Source of the DNA: an uncultured delta proteobacterium
GTDB taxonomy: Bacteria; Desulfobacterota; RBG-13-43-22
Direction: 5' to 3'
NCBI GenBank assembly: GCA_963711835.1
Contig: CAVQFQ010000004.1
Span: forward strand, 288,001-352,000
Length of the DNA stretch: 64,000 nt
Positions within the stretch are counted from its first letter, which is position 1, and the number at the start of each line of letters is the position of its first letter. The notes under the pieces are model-generated. The model searched no databases, had not been told where the DNA came from, and saw only the letters and a program-made list of their open reading frames with translations. The translations under genes were made by a program, and so were the position numbers. Shown one piece after another: positions 17,948-26,595 of this stretch.

Positions 17948-19057
17948 ATGAGCGAAATACCGAAGACCATAAAGACCTGGCAGATGGTCCAACCCACTGT
18001 TTATAACAAAGAAACCAAGGAAACCACCCCAGGTAAATTGGCCTTGGCGGAAATCCCGGTACCGGAATTAAAGCCCGGAGAAGTCCTGGTGGAAGTGGCC
18101 GGCTGCGGCGTCTGCCATACCGACCTGGGTTATTTTTATGACGGCGTCCCGACGGTTTCCAAGCCACCCTTAACCCTGGGGCACGAAATCGCCGGCACGG
18201 TGGTGGCCGGAGATCCGGCCTGGTTGGGCAAAGAGGTCATTATCCCGGCCGTAATGCCCTGCCGCCAGTGCTATCTCTGCAAAACCGGTCGAGGGAATCG
18301 CTGCCTCAACCAAAAGATGCCCGGCAACAGCATGGGTTTATACGGAGGGTTTTCCAGCCATATCCCTGTGCCGAGTATTGATCTTTGTGCGGTAAAAAAC
18401 CGGGGGACCTTCCCCCTGGCCCATCTGGCCGTCATTGCCGATGCCGGTACCACCCCTTATCAGGCGGCCAAGCGGGCCGATCTGCAGCCGGGTGACAATG
18501 TGGTCGTGATTGGGATTACCGGAGGGGTGGGACAATATATGGGCCAGATGGCCAAGGCCTTGGGCGCCCTGACGGTAATCGGTATCGGTCGTCATGAGGA
18601 AAAATTAAAACGGGCACTTAACTACGGAGCCGACTTTGTCATCAGCTCCAAGGACAAGGATGCCGGGGCTGTTTCCAAAGAATTCAGGGAGATCTGCAAA
18701 GCCAACGGTCTTCCCAATTACGGCTGGAAGATCTTTGAGGTAACCGGATCCAAGGCCGGTCAGGAAATCGGTCTGGCCCTGCTGGGTTTTATCGGCAAAT
18801 TGATTGTGGTCGGTTTCGGCATGGCCAGGACCGAGTATGCCATAGGGCGCCTGATGGCCTTCGATGCCGAGATCATCGGGACCTGGGCCTGCCTGCCCGA
18901 ATACTACCCGGCGGTTCTGGATATGGTCCTAAAGAAAAAAATCGACATCGCCCCTTTTGTCGAGACCCGGCCCATGAGCACTATCGCTGAAACCTTCGCC
19001 GAGGTCCATAAAGCCGGTTCACCGGCCAAACGGATTGTCCTGACGCCGGATTTTTAA
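17948..19057 (+). CDS. had: 6-hydroxycyclohex-1-ene-1-carbonyl-CoA dehydrogenase (Had/BamQ)
   Basis: GCGVCHTDLGYFYDGVPT..KPPLTLGHE, QKMPGN, LMAFDAEIIGTWAC; adjacent to oah. Confidence 0.9.
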   Translation: MSEIPKTIKTWQMVQPTVYNKETKETTPGKLALAEIPVPELKPGEVLVEVAGCGVCHTDLGYFYDGVPTVSKPPLTLGHEIAGTVVAGDPAWLGKEVIIPAVMPCRQCYLCKTGRGNRCLNQKMPGNSMGLYGGFSSHIPVPSIDLCAVKNRGTFPLAHLAVIADAGTTPYQAAKRADLQPGDNVVVIGITGGVGQYMGQMAKALGALTVIGIGRHEEKLKRALNYGADFVISSKDKDAGAVSKEFREICKANGLPNYGWKIFEVTGSKAGQEIGLALLGFIGKLIVVGFGMARTEYAIGRLMAFDAEIIGTWACLPEYYPAVLDMVLKKKIDIAPFVETRPMSTIAETFAEVHKAGSPAKRIVLTPDF

Positions 19058-19190
19058 TAAAAAGGATCTCAAGGGTCCAGGGGTCCAGGAAGGGGAGCGA
19101 AGAATTTTATTTCACTTGAACGCTCGAAACGCCTGACACCTTACCCCTCTTTCGCCAACAAAATAAAAATTAATTAAGGAGGTCTTTGTT

Positions 19191-20339
19191 ATGGGAATTG
19201 AGTGGATGCCGAGAGAAAACGAAGAAAAGAACCATGATCGCTATGGTTCGGAACATTGGGGGACCAACGCCCCCTGTACGGTCTATGAGAAGAGACCCTT
19301 GAAGGACCCCAAAGGGAATGTCGTCCCGGGGCTTCATGTGGCCTGGATCACGCTGAATAACCCGGCCCAGTATAACTCGTATACCACGGAAATGGTCAAG
19401 GGCGTCATCGCCGGCATGGAGAATGCTTCCACCGACCGTTCCATCGTGGCCGTTATATTTACCGGAAGCGGTGCCTTTGCCTTCTGCACCGGCGGCAATA
19501 CCAAAGAATACTCCGAGTATTACAGCCGGCGTCCTGAAGAATACGGGGCCTATATGGAGCTGTTCAACAACATGGTCGATGCCATCCTGGCCTGCAAAAA
19601 GCCGGTGATCTGCCGGGTCAACGGCATGCGGGTGGCCGGCGGGCAGGAAATCGGCATGGCCTGCGACCTGGCCATCTCTTCCGATCTGGCCATCTACGGC
19701 CAGGCCGGACCCAGGCACGGTTCGGCCCCGGACGGCGGCTCATCCGACTTTTTGCCCTGGTTTCTGTCCATGGAAGACGCCATGTGGAACTGCGTCAGTT
19801 GCGAGATGTGGAGCGCCTATAAGATGAAGGCCAAGACGCTGATCTCCAAGTGCGTCCCGGTCCTCAAGGATGAAAAAGGAAATTGGGTCCGCAATCCCCA
19901 GATCATCACCGACCAGTATGTTGTGGACGGGGAGATCGTTTACGGCGAGTTCAAGAAGGGCGAGGAATTCAAGAAGGCCCGGGAATGGGTCAACGGCAAG
20001 CTGAAAGCCAACGATTATGACTTTGCCCTGCTCGACGCCGAAGTGGACAAAGTGGTCTGGACCTTTGCCAACCTCTTTCCCGGCTGTCTGATCAAGTCCA
20101 TCGACTCCGTCCGGGCCAAGAAGAAATTCTTCTGGGATTATTCCAAGAACTATAACCGGCACTGGCTGGCGGCCAATATGATGGGCGAGGCCTTCCTGGG
20201 CTTTGGGGCCTTTAACACCAAAAAAATCACCGGGCAGGATGTCATCAACTTCATCAAATACCGCCAGAATATCGCCGAAGGCAAATTGATGGACGAGACC
20301 TTTTTCGAGGAAGTGATGGGCAAACCGCAGACCAAGTAG
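19191..20339 (+). CDS. oah: 6-oxocyclohex-1-ene-1-carbonyl-CoA hydrolase (Oah/BamA)
   Basis: LNNPAQYNSYTTEMVK, AFCTGGNTKEY, GMRVAGGQEIGMACD, QAGPRHGSAPDGG, WLAANMMGEA. Confidence 0.95.
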   Translation: MGIEWMPRENEEKNHDRYGSEHWGTNAPCTVYEKRPLKDPKGNVVPGLHVAWITLNNPAQYNSYTTEMVKGVIAGMENASTDRSIVAVIFTGSGAFAFCTGGNTKEYSEYYSRRPEEYGAYMELFNNMVDAILACKKPVICRVNGMRVAGGQEIGMACDLAISSDLAIYGQAGPRHGSAPDGGSSDFLPWFLSMEDAMWNCVSCEMWSAYKMKAKTLISKCVPVLKDEKGNWVRNPQIITDQYVVDGEIVYGEFKKGEEFKKAREWVNGKLKANDYDFALLDAEVDKVVWTFANLFPGCLIKSIDSVRAKKKFFWDYSKNYNRHWLAANMMGEAFLGFGAFNTKKITGQDVINFIKYRQNIAEGKLMDETFFEEVMGKPQTK

Positions 20340-20380
20340 CCCTCGAAGTAACCAGGTTCAACCTCTTACATTTATCTTAT

Positions 20381-20434
20381 CTAAAAAGTCCCCCCATCCT
20401 TCTTTAGCCAAAGGAGATGGGGGGACTTTTTTAG
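20381..20434. terminator. Bidirectional terminator-like hairpin between convergent genes
   Basis: CTAAAAAGTCCCCCCATC...GATGGGGGGACTTTTTTAG. Confidence 0.7.
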
Positions 20435-20459
20435 GTCAGAGTTCCCCGGGCTGTCGCTT

Positions 20460-21539
20460 TTAAAGGCGGGTGGCCTTTATGGCCTCCCTCAAGGCCCGGC
20501 CGTCTTTGGGGGGTTCCGGGAAACCGGGTTTGTTGACCATGGTAATGGCCTCCGAGGGACAGCCGGTGGCGCATACGGCACACCCGAAACAACGGTCAAG
20601 ATCCGCTACCGGCACCTGCCCTTCCTCCAGAGTAAGCGCCTCGGCCGGACAGCGCTCCAGGCAGGTTTCACAGGCCAGACAGCGGTCCGGGTTAAAGCGC
20701 GGTTCAAAACCGGAGTTAAAAAACAATCCGGGTTTAGGTTTGGCCAGGGCATGAGTTACGGCGACACAGTGCCAGCGGTCGCAGTTGCAGATAAAACCGA
20801 TATCCTCGGTCATGTTTTGACTCATATGAATCAGGCCCGCCTCTTCGGCCCGGTCCAGCACTTCTCTGGCTTCCTGCTTGGTTACTTTTCTGGCTCCCAA
20901 TCTTTGAATGGCAAATTGGGCGCCCAGACCAAACTGCATACAGACATCGTTGGGCATCCCATGAGTGTCTTCCCCGCGTAAGGCGGCCGCGTGACGGCAG
21001 AAGCAGGTACTGACGGCTATCGGATCGTATCTGTCAATAAAGCTCTGCACCTGGTCATAGGTATGGACTTGATTGTCCACCTCCACCGTCTTAGCCACCG
21101 TGATGACCCTGTTGACGGGAAAGCTCACCTCAGTAAGGTCGGTTTTTTGGTCATAGGCCTTTTTGTAGGCGTGTATGAGCTGGGCATTCCTTTTGTCCCT
21201 TTCGCTGGTTTTCCCGGGCATGAACTGAAACTCTAATATTCCGGGCATGAACCGGGCAGACTGGTAAATCTGGGTTCCATCCATGGCCAAGGCCACGCAA
21301 AGTCCTTTGTCGGCCATGGCCTCCAGAATGGCTTCCGTTTCCCCTGCCTCCCGGCCCATTTCCATTGCCAGAGACTGCGCCGTAAAAGGGCCTCTGGGCA
21401 TGGCATTGTTGATTTCCGCTTCTTCAGGGGTGAATAAAGCCTCGACCATTTGGTAGAATTCGGGGATATCCATCCCGGCAAAATCGCCGCCCCGCTTTTT
21501 CATCACTTCCAGTAGTTTGTGGTAGACTTCTTTGGCCAT
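20460..21539 (-). CDS. 4Fe-4S binding protein (uncharacterised Fe-S family with C-terminal ferredoxin domain)
   Basis: CFCRH, CMQFG, ICNCDRWHC, CLACETCLERCP, CFGCAVCATGCP. Confidence 0.85.
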   Translation of the reverse strand: MAKEVYHKLLEVMKKRGGDFAGMDIPEFYQMVEALFTPEEAEINNAMPRGPFTAQSLAMEMGREAGETEAILEAMADKGLCVALAMDGTQIYQSARFMPGILEFQFMPGKTSERDKRNAQLIHAYKKAYDQKTDLTEVSFPVNRVITVAKTVEVDNQVHTYDQVQSFIDRYDPIAVSTCFCRHAAALRGEDTHGMPNDVCMQFGLGAQFAIQRLGARKVTKQEAREVLDRAEEAGLIHMSQNMTEDIGFICNCDRWHCVAVTHALAKPKPGLFFNSGFEPRFNPDRCLACETCLERCPAEALTLEEGQVPVADLDRCFGCAVCATGCPSEAITMVNKPGFPEPPKDGRALREAIKATRL

Positions 21540-21554
21540 GTCCTCTCCTTTGAT

Positions 21555-22079
21555 TTATTCGGGGGTATTGTAAACGGCCAGCATGCCGTCCTTTCTTTCC
21601 AGGCTGAAACCGAAGTTCATGCCCAGCTTCCCCTTCTGGGCATTAAGATAGCCCCCCTTGTCCCCCATCTGCATGATATCGGTCTGCCAGCCTTTTTTTT
21701 TCAGCATCTCGGCGTACTGATTTATCCCGTCACCTTTAAGGTCTTTATAATAGATATTGAATTTCTGCATGCCCCCTTCGTTACCCTTGCTCACCCGCTC
21801 GATCTTGGCGAAAGGGAATGGCGGGACCTCTGGAAACATATCCGCGGGCCAAACCGTCGTTTCGGCTATCTCGCTCTTGAAATCCTTGCCTTTAAATTCT
21901 ATCTTGCCCTCCTGCATCCTCACATCCACATCTTTCCCGGTGGTTTGCTTGATCATCTTCCTGGCCATGTCCTCGGCCATCTGTTCATCCGAGCTCTTTC
22001 CGCTGCAGCCGGCCATCAGAAATAAACCCAAAACCAGAACGGCCGCCATGATCCCGATCCGACGCTTATTTATTCCCAT
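21555..22079 (-). CDS. Hypothetical lipoprotein
   Basis: Signal peptide ending in lipobox MAGC. Confidence 0.75.
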   Translation of the reverse strand: MGINKRRIGIMAAVLVLGLFLMAGCSGKSSDEQMAEDMARKMIKQTTGKDVDVRMQEGKIEFKGKDFKSEIAETTVWPADMFPEVPPFPFAKIERVSKGNEGGMQKFNIYYKDLKGDGINQYAEMLKKKGWQTDIMQMGDKGGYLNAQKGKLGMNFGFSLERKDGMLAVYNTPE

Positions 22080-22225
22080 ACCCCCTCCTTTTTGATCTCA
22101 AGTGTAATATTGCTTTAGAGCTTTTAGAGGTTTGTCATTACGGGCTTGACCATCCCGGCCCGGCCCATTTATACTTGAATCCTATTTACCCCATTTCCAT
22201 TGAACGGATCAAGGGAATTATCCTA

Positions 22226-22552
22226 ATAATGCAGTTAGCGGCCGGACGGACGGGGCAGGAATACAACCAGCGAAAGGATCGCCAGGGGGCTTACTGGGAA
22301 GATCGGTATCATGCCACGCTTGTCGAAAACGGCGACCATTTGGCCAGATGCATGGTCTATACATCGACACCAATATGGTGCGTGCCGGTGTGGTCGGCCA
22401 CCCCTCGCTGTGGCCCTTTTCCGGGTACAATGAGATCCAGGAGCGCCATAAGGCATTTTTCGTGGTCAAAAACGACCATAATAACCCCTGAAATTATTTA
22501 TTTCTGGAACGTTAAACTTGAATAATCAAGAAGTTAGCGTGGCCCGACCCCA
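22226..22552 (+). pseudogene. REP-associated tyrosine transposase (RAYT/Y1) fragment plus right terminal repeat
   Basis: MQLAAGRTGQEYNQRK.RQGAYWEDRYHAT...RCMVY/IDTNMVRAGVV.HP..WPFSGYNEIQ across a frameshift; internal deletion; ends CGTGGCCCGACCCCA (22538-22552). Confidence 0.8.
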
Positions 22553-22760
22553 CGAAACAGGACCAAGAAACAGAGTAAAACTGGGAAATAGGCAGCCGAG
22601 ACAGCCAGTATTGGCATACTACGGCAGTCATCCAGATTGACCAATCGCTGGATTGGGAGTTCTACTATGGCGCGGTTAACAAGCTTCACGTAATGAAGTA
22701 TTGATAGATGTTTATGAGTGGAATTTGCAAAAGAAAGTAATGGAGAAAAGTATGAAGAAA

Positions 22761-23059
22761 TGGGGTCGGGCCACGTGAACTCGTTGATATGGTAGAGAAA
22801 GTTATTAATTCAGCCTCTAAAATAGGTCTATATCGAGTTTTTTAGGGGCAAAAAGAGAATTTTTCAAAATAAATTATGGCCCGAGCCAAACGACATTTTA
22901 TCCCAAACCAAATCTGGCAGCAAAAGATATCAGCTTCGGGAAAGTGCCGCGGACTATAAGGCACTTTTCAAGGTCAAAAACGATGATATAGCCCCTAAAA
23001 TTACCTATTTCTGGAATGTTAAATTTGGATAATCAAGAAGTTAGCGTGGCCCAACCTCA
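22761..23059 (+). mobile_element. Internally deleted mini-RAYT element (family B)
   Basis: Left end TGGGGTCGGGCCACG; ATG 22876 MARAKRHFIPNQIW joined to C-terminal YQLRESAADYKALFKVKNDDIAPKITYFWNVK; right end CGTGGCCCAACCTCA; 3' part near-identical to ~22448-22552. Confidence 0.8.
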
Positions 23060-23121
23060 AGAAAAATTTCTCAATTTGGAAGTATTTTCAGGGCAGTTCC
23101 GACATAGGACGAACTGAGAGG

Positions 23122-23184
23122 CACTAACAACGGTTTGCACTCGGACGCGGATTAGACCCACGCCGGTGAAACCGAAAGTTCGGG
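23122..23184 (+). other. Integron attC site
   Basis: CACTAAC...CGGTTTgCACtCGG / CCGGTGAAACCG...GTTCGGG: core sites and two extrahelical bases. Confidence 0.75.
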
Positions 23185-23222
23185 TGATAGGATTCATACT
23201 TTTCATTCGGTAGAGGTTAAAG

Positions 23223-23399
23223 ATGTCTGACGAAACTAAGGGTGCTGACGATGCCGCTGTGGATAAGGGATTGGTCGCCATGTTTTTAAGAATGTCGACC
23301 GAGGAGCGATTACAGGCAAACGACAACGCTTTTCGAACGATTCTGGAGTTGAGAGATGCCTACAGGCAGCAAAAAGAGAACAAGCGCAAACCTAAGTGA
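23223..23399 (+). CDS. Small protein (58 aa) overlapping the nucleotidyltransferase gene; putative TA partner
   Basis: Manual translation MSDETKGADDAAVDKGLVAMFLRMSTEERLQANDNAFRTILELRDAYRQQKENKRKPK; GAGG RBS; below the ORF-track cutoff. Confidence 0.65.
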   Translation: MSDETKGADDAAVDKGLVAMFLRMSTEERLQANDNAFRTILELRDAYRQQKENKRKPK

Positions 23400-23898
23400 A
23401 GTACTTGAGGGGCTGTTAGAGGCCGGCGTCGATTTTATTCTGGTCGGAGGTCTTGCAGCCGTAATCCAGGGCGCCCCGGTTACGACAATGGACGTGGACA
23501 TAGTTCACAGCCGATCTCACGAAAATATAGCAAAACTCCTTGCCTTTCTTAAATCGATCAATTCAGTTCAACGTCGCTTGGACGACAAGTTGATAGAACC
23601 GAGGGAGCGCGACCTGTCGGGAAAGGGCCAGGTGCTTCTTACGACACGGCTCGGCCCGCTAGATGTATTGGCCGTTATTGAGGGAGGAAGATCCTATGAA
23701 GACCTCCTGGATCACGCCATAGAAATCGAGTTCAGGAGCCATACCCTCCGAGTGCTTGACCTGAAAACGTTAATCGAGCTCAAGAAAACTTCCAAAGATC
23801 TCAAAGACAAGCAGCGACTACCTGTGCTTAGAGAAACTCTGCGGCAACTGGAGGAGGAATATGGTCGCGAGAAGGACAAGGAAGATAACGACAACTAA
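23356..23898 (+). CDS. Nucleotidyltransferase-fold protein (putative toxin/antitoxin component)
   Basis: FILVGGLAAVIQGAP.TTMDVDIV; TRLGPLDVL; L.TLIELKK...KD. Confidence 0.75.
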   Translation: MPTGSKKRTSANLSEVLEGLLEAGVDFILVGGLAAVIQGAPVTTMDVDIVHSRSHENIAKLLAFLKSINSVQRRLDDKLIEPRERDLSGKGQVLLTTRLGPLDVLAVIEGGRSYEDLLDHAIEIEFRSHTLRVLDLKTLIELKKTSKDLKDKQRLPVLRETLRQLEEEYGREKDKEDNDN

Positions 23899-23953
23899 TA
23901 CTGCCGATCAAGGGCACTCACCAGATTGCTACTCCGCCGGCGCTTCGTGGCTG

Positions 23954-23975
23954 AAATGGGGTCGGGCCACGTGAA
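23954..23975 (+). repeat. Isolated left end of a family B (RAYT) element
   Basis: AAATGGGGTCGGGCCACGTGAA identical to 22758-22779; cuts a half attC upstream. Confidence 0.8.
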
Positions 23976-23982
23976 TTCCGGA

Positions 23983-24666
23983 ATGAAGACAATCAGGTGC
24001 TTGGTAGGCTTTACATTGTTCTTTTTAGGCGTGGTTGTCTACGCTGACATGCCGAAAGGGGCGTACCTGGAAGGAAAAGATTCAACAGTGGGAGTGATTC
24101 TGGTACACGGGCAAGGGTTGGATCCTGATTCCAACGTAGTGGGGCCTCTACGCAAATCTATCAACAAGGAGCTTGGATTTCATACGCTATCCCTTCAGAT
24201 GCCTGTTGTATCCGGAGCGAAATCACCGGATAAATTCTTGGAATACGTCTCGACGTTTCCCGAAGCCTACAAGACCATCCAGGCAGGGATTGACTTCCTC
24301 AAGAAGGAAAAAGGAGTCGAGCGCATCTATCTAATGGGCTACAGTATGGGCGGGAGGATGACCACTGGTTTTCTTGCACAGACCCCCGATAGCGGGATCA
24401 TTGGCTATATCGGCGTCGGATTGTTGGGTGGAGGCCAAGAGCCACTGAATACCAATTTGAATCTCAAAAGCATAAAGCTGCCCGTGATTGATATCCACGC
24501 CGACAGTGGTCCTGACGCAAAGAGCGCCGCGTTCAGAAAGCCCTTCGTCTCCGACCGATATACACAAGTGATCATCTCTGGGGCTAAACATGACTATCGC
24601 GGCTATGACAACGAGGTTGCCACAGCAGTAATCGCTTGGCTGAAACAACAAGAATCGGCCAAATGA
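23983..24666 (+). CDS. Secreted alpha/beta hydrolase-fold protein (DUF3530-like)
   Basis: Signal peptide, ILVHGQG, GYSMG nucleophile elbow, GAKHDY. Confidence 0.75.
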   Translation: MKTIRCLVGFTLFFLGVVVYADMPKGAYLEGKDSTVGVILVHGQGLDPDSNVVGPLRKSINKELGFHTLSLQMPVVSGAKSPDKFLEYVSTFPEAYKTIQAGIDFLKKEKGVERIYLMGYSMGGRMTTGFLAQTPDSGIIGYIGVGLLGGGQEPLNTNLNLKSIKLPVIDIHADSGPDAKSAAFRKPFVSDRYTQVIISGAKHDYRGYDNEVATAVIAWLKQQESAK

Positions 24667-24720
24667 AGGCCGCGCCAAAAAGCTGCGTGCCGCGGGTCAA
24701 CGCCGCATTAGGAGGGATCT

Positions 24721-25197
24721 ATGATCAAGAGGTTTCTGATTGTTTTTGCGATTGCCCTATTTAGTCTGTCCTTGGCATCTGCTCAAAAGGAACAAATGAC
24801 TCCAAAAGCTATCTCGGATAAAAAGGCCGAGGCTAGAGCAATGGTGGAAAAGGCCGCAGCCTTTGTGAGCGAACACGGGAAAGAAAAAGGAATTGCCGAA
24901 ATGAACAAGCCGGGCGGCCTATTTGTGAAGGGGGAACTCTACGTGTTCGCATTCGACCTGAACGGCGTCATGGTCGCCCAGCCTAAAAATCCCAAAGCAA
25001 TCGGCGAGAACCTCATCGACAAGCCAGATAACAAAGGAAAACTGTTTAGAAAAGAGATAATTGAAAAAGCAAAAACTGAAGGGAGTGGATGGGTTGATTA
25101 CTTCTACCTGAATCCCCAAACAGGCAAGGAAGAAGATAAAACCACCTACCTCAAGAGGGTTGGGGACCTAGTGATTTGTTGCGGTGTTTACCGATGA
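24721..25197 (+). CDS. Periplasmic single Cache-domain protein
   Basis: Signal peptide, F.KGELYVF.FD, G.NL....D..GK.F, GSGWVDY...NP.TGK.E.KT.Y. Confidence 0.85.
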   Translation: MIKRFLIVFAIALFSLSLASAQKEQMTPKAISDKKAEARAMVEKAAAFVSEHGKEKGIAEMNKPGGLFVKGELYVFAFDLNGVMVAQPKNPKAIGENLIDKPDNKGKLFRKEIIEKAKTEGSGWVDYFYLNPQTGKEEDKTTYLKRVGDLVICCGVYR

Positions 25198-25274
25198 CAG
25201 CGTTTTCCTTTGACAGCAGGCACTATGGTCGGGCACGTCGCTCGTTTAGTCGGCGATACTTTGGAACGCGCCCG

Positions 25275-25364
25275 GCCAAACTAGTCCGTCAACCGGGCAC
25301 CAAAATGCTGCGCATTTTGGTGCCCTCCGCTGCGCTTCGGCGCCGGTTACGTCCAACGTTCGGC
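25275..25364 (+). other. Integron attC site
   Basis: GCCAAAC...GTCAACCGG-GCACCAAAATGCTGCGCATTTTGGTGC-...CCGGTTAC...GTTCGGC; nested palindromic core. Confidence 0.75.
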
Positions 25365-25417
25365 ATTGCGCTATGTGCACCGGAATACAAAATACTAACA
25401 AGAGAGAAGGCAATTCC

Positions 25418-25870
25418 ATGATGAAACAAACCATTCGAATCCTCGCAGGCCTTTACGTCATTCTTCTTCTACAGTCTGGCTGTGCCACGGTTCGAATCAG
25501 TCCGGAGGCGAACGAGGCGTCTCCAGTCGTCAAGGAACTCATTAAAACTACCCAAAGCTGGGATGGGAAGTTGTTGCCCGCGTATCCGCAAGGTCGGCCC
25601 GAGATCACTATTCTGCGGATTAGCATCCCTGCGGGAGCCCGGCTCCATACTCACAATCATCCGGTGATAAATGCCGGCGTGCTGATAAGCGGGCAACTCA
25701 TGGTCGTGACTACAGACGGGAAAACACTGCATCTCAAAGCAGGAGATCCTATCGTCGAGGTGGTGAAGACGGTACACTATGGCATTAATGAAGGAAAGGC
25801 TCCTGCGGAGATTATAGTCTTTTATGTCGGCGTTGTTGGTACGCCGATAACCGTTGTCGAGCCGCAATGA
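25418..25870 (+). CDS. Cupin-domain lipoprotein
   Basis: Lipobox-like QSGC; LHTHNHP.INAG, EVV.TVHYG.NEG. Confidence 0.8.
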   Translation: MMKQTIRILAGLYVILLLQSGCATVRISPEANEASPVVKELIKTTQSWDGKLLPAYPQGRPEITILRISIPAGARLHTHNHPVINAGVLISGQLMVVTTDGKTLHLKAGDPIVEVVKTVHYGINEGKAPAEIIVFYVGVVGTPITVVEPQ

Positions 25871-25960
25871 GAGGGTGTCGTTACAGCACCTGTAGAATGA
25901 ACTCGTAACCGAGCGGCATCGTGAAAAAGATTTGCCGAACAAGCTGGGGATTAGAAGGCC

Positions 25961-26595
25961 ATGATGGATAATCCGGTTCTCGAAATTTTTTCCGACTACA
26001 TCTGACCCTGGTGTTATTTCATTACCGGGCGTAGTGAGCGATTGCAAAAGGAATTTGATCTGACTGTCCGCTGGACCGCCTTTCCCCTCCACCCGGAAAT
26101 ACCGGAAGAGGGCATGACCCTGGAACAACTTTTTGCCGGACGGCCCATAGACTGGAATGAGGTCAAGGCTCGTTTGAAAAAGGCGGCCCGGGACGCCGGC
26201 CTGCCCTTCGCTGAACGAGAGGATGACCTATAACAGCCGTCTGGCCCAGGAGTTGGGCAAATGGGCCGAAACCCGGGGAAGCGGAGAGGCTTATCACCGG
26301 GCGGTCTTTCGGGCTTATTTTGTCCAGGGGATAAACATCGGGAAGATAGAGGAACTGGCTGCCCTGGCCAAAGATTTGGGTCTTCCGGCCGACGAAGCCA
26401 GAGCAGTCCTGGAGCGAAGGGATTTCAAGGAGGCGGTGGACCGGGACTGGGCCCGCTCCCATCAACTGGGGATCCGGGCTGTTCCGACCTTTATCCTCGG
26501 CCCTCAAATCCTGGTCGGGGCCCAGCCCTATGAAAAATTGACGGCGCTTATGGCCGCCGCCGGGATAAAAAAACGTACAGGAGAAGGCCCGATGA
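25961..26595 (+). CDS. DsbA/FrnE-like thioredoxin-fold selenoprotein (UPWC motif); two apparent 1-nt frameshifts
   Basis: ATG 25961 MMDNPVLEIFSDYI-TGA(26003)-PWCYF, in frame with ORF 26042 (AFPLHPEIP); continues as MTYNSRLAQELGKWAE...GIRAVPTF...VGAQPYE in the +1 frame. Confidence 0.8.
26018..26038 (+). promoter_or_regulatory. Bacterial SECIS-like hairpin
   Basis: TTCATTAC-CGGGC-GTAGTGAG: 8-bp stem (including G-U pairs) with G-rich loop, starting 12 nt after the UGA. Confidence 0.7.

Noticed and set aside
22538-23975. CRISPR array
   Set aside because: Repeats are inverted element ends with 200-900-bp spacing, and no cas genes are present
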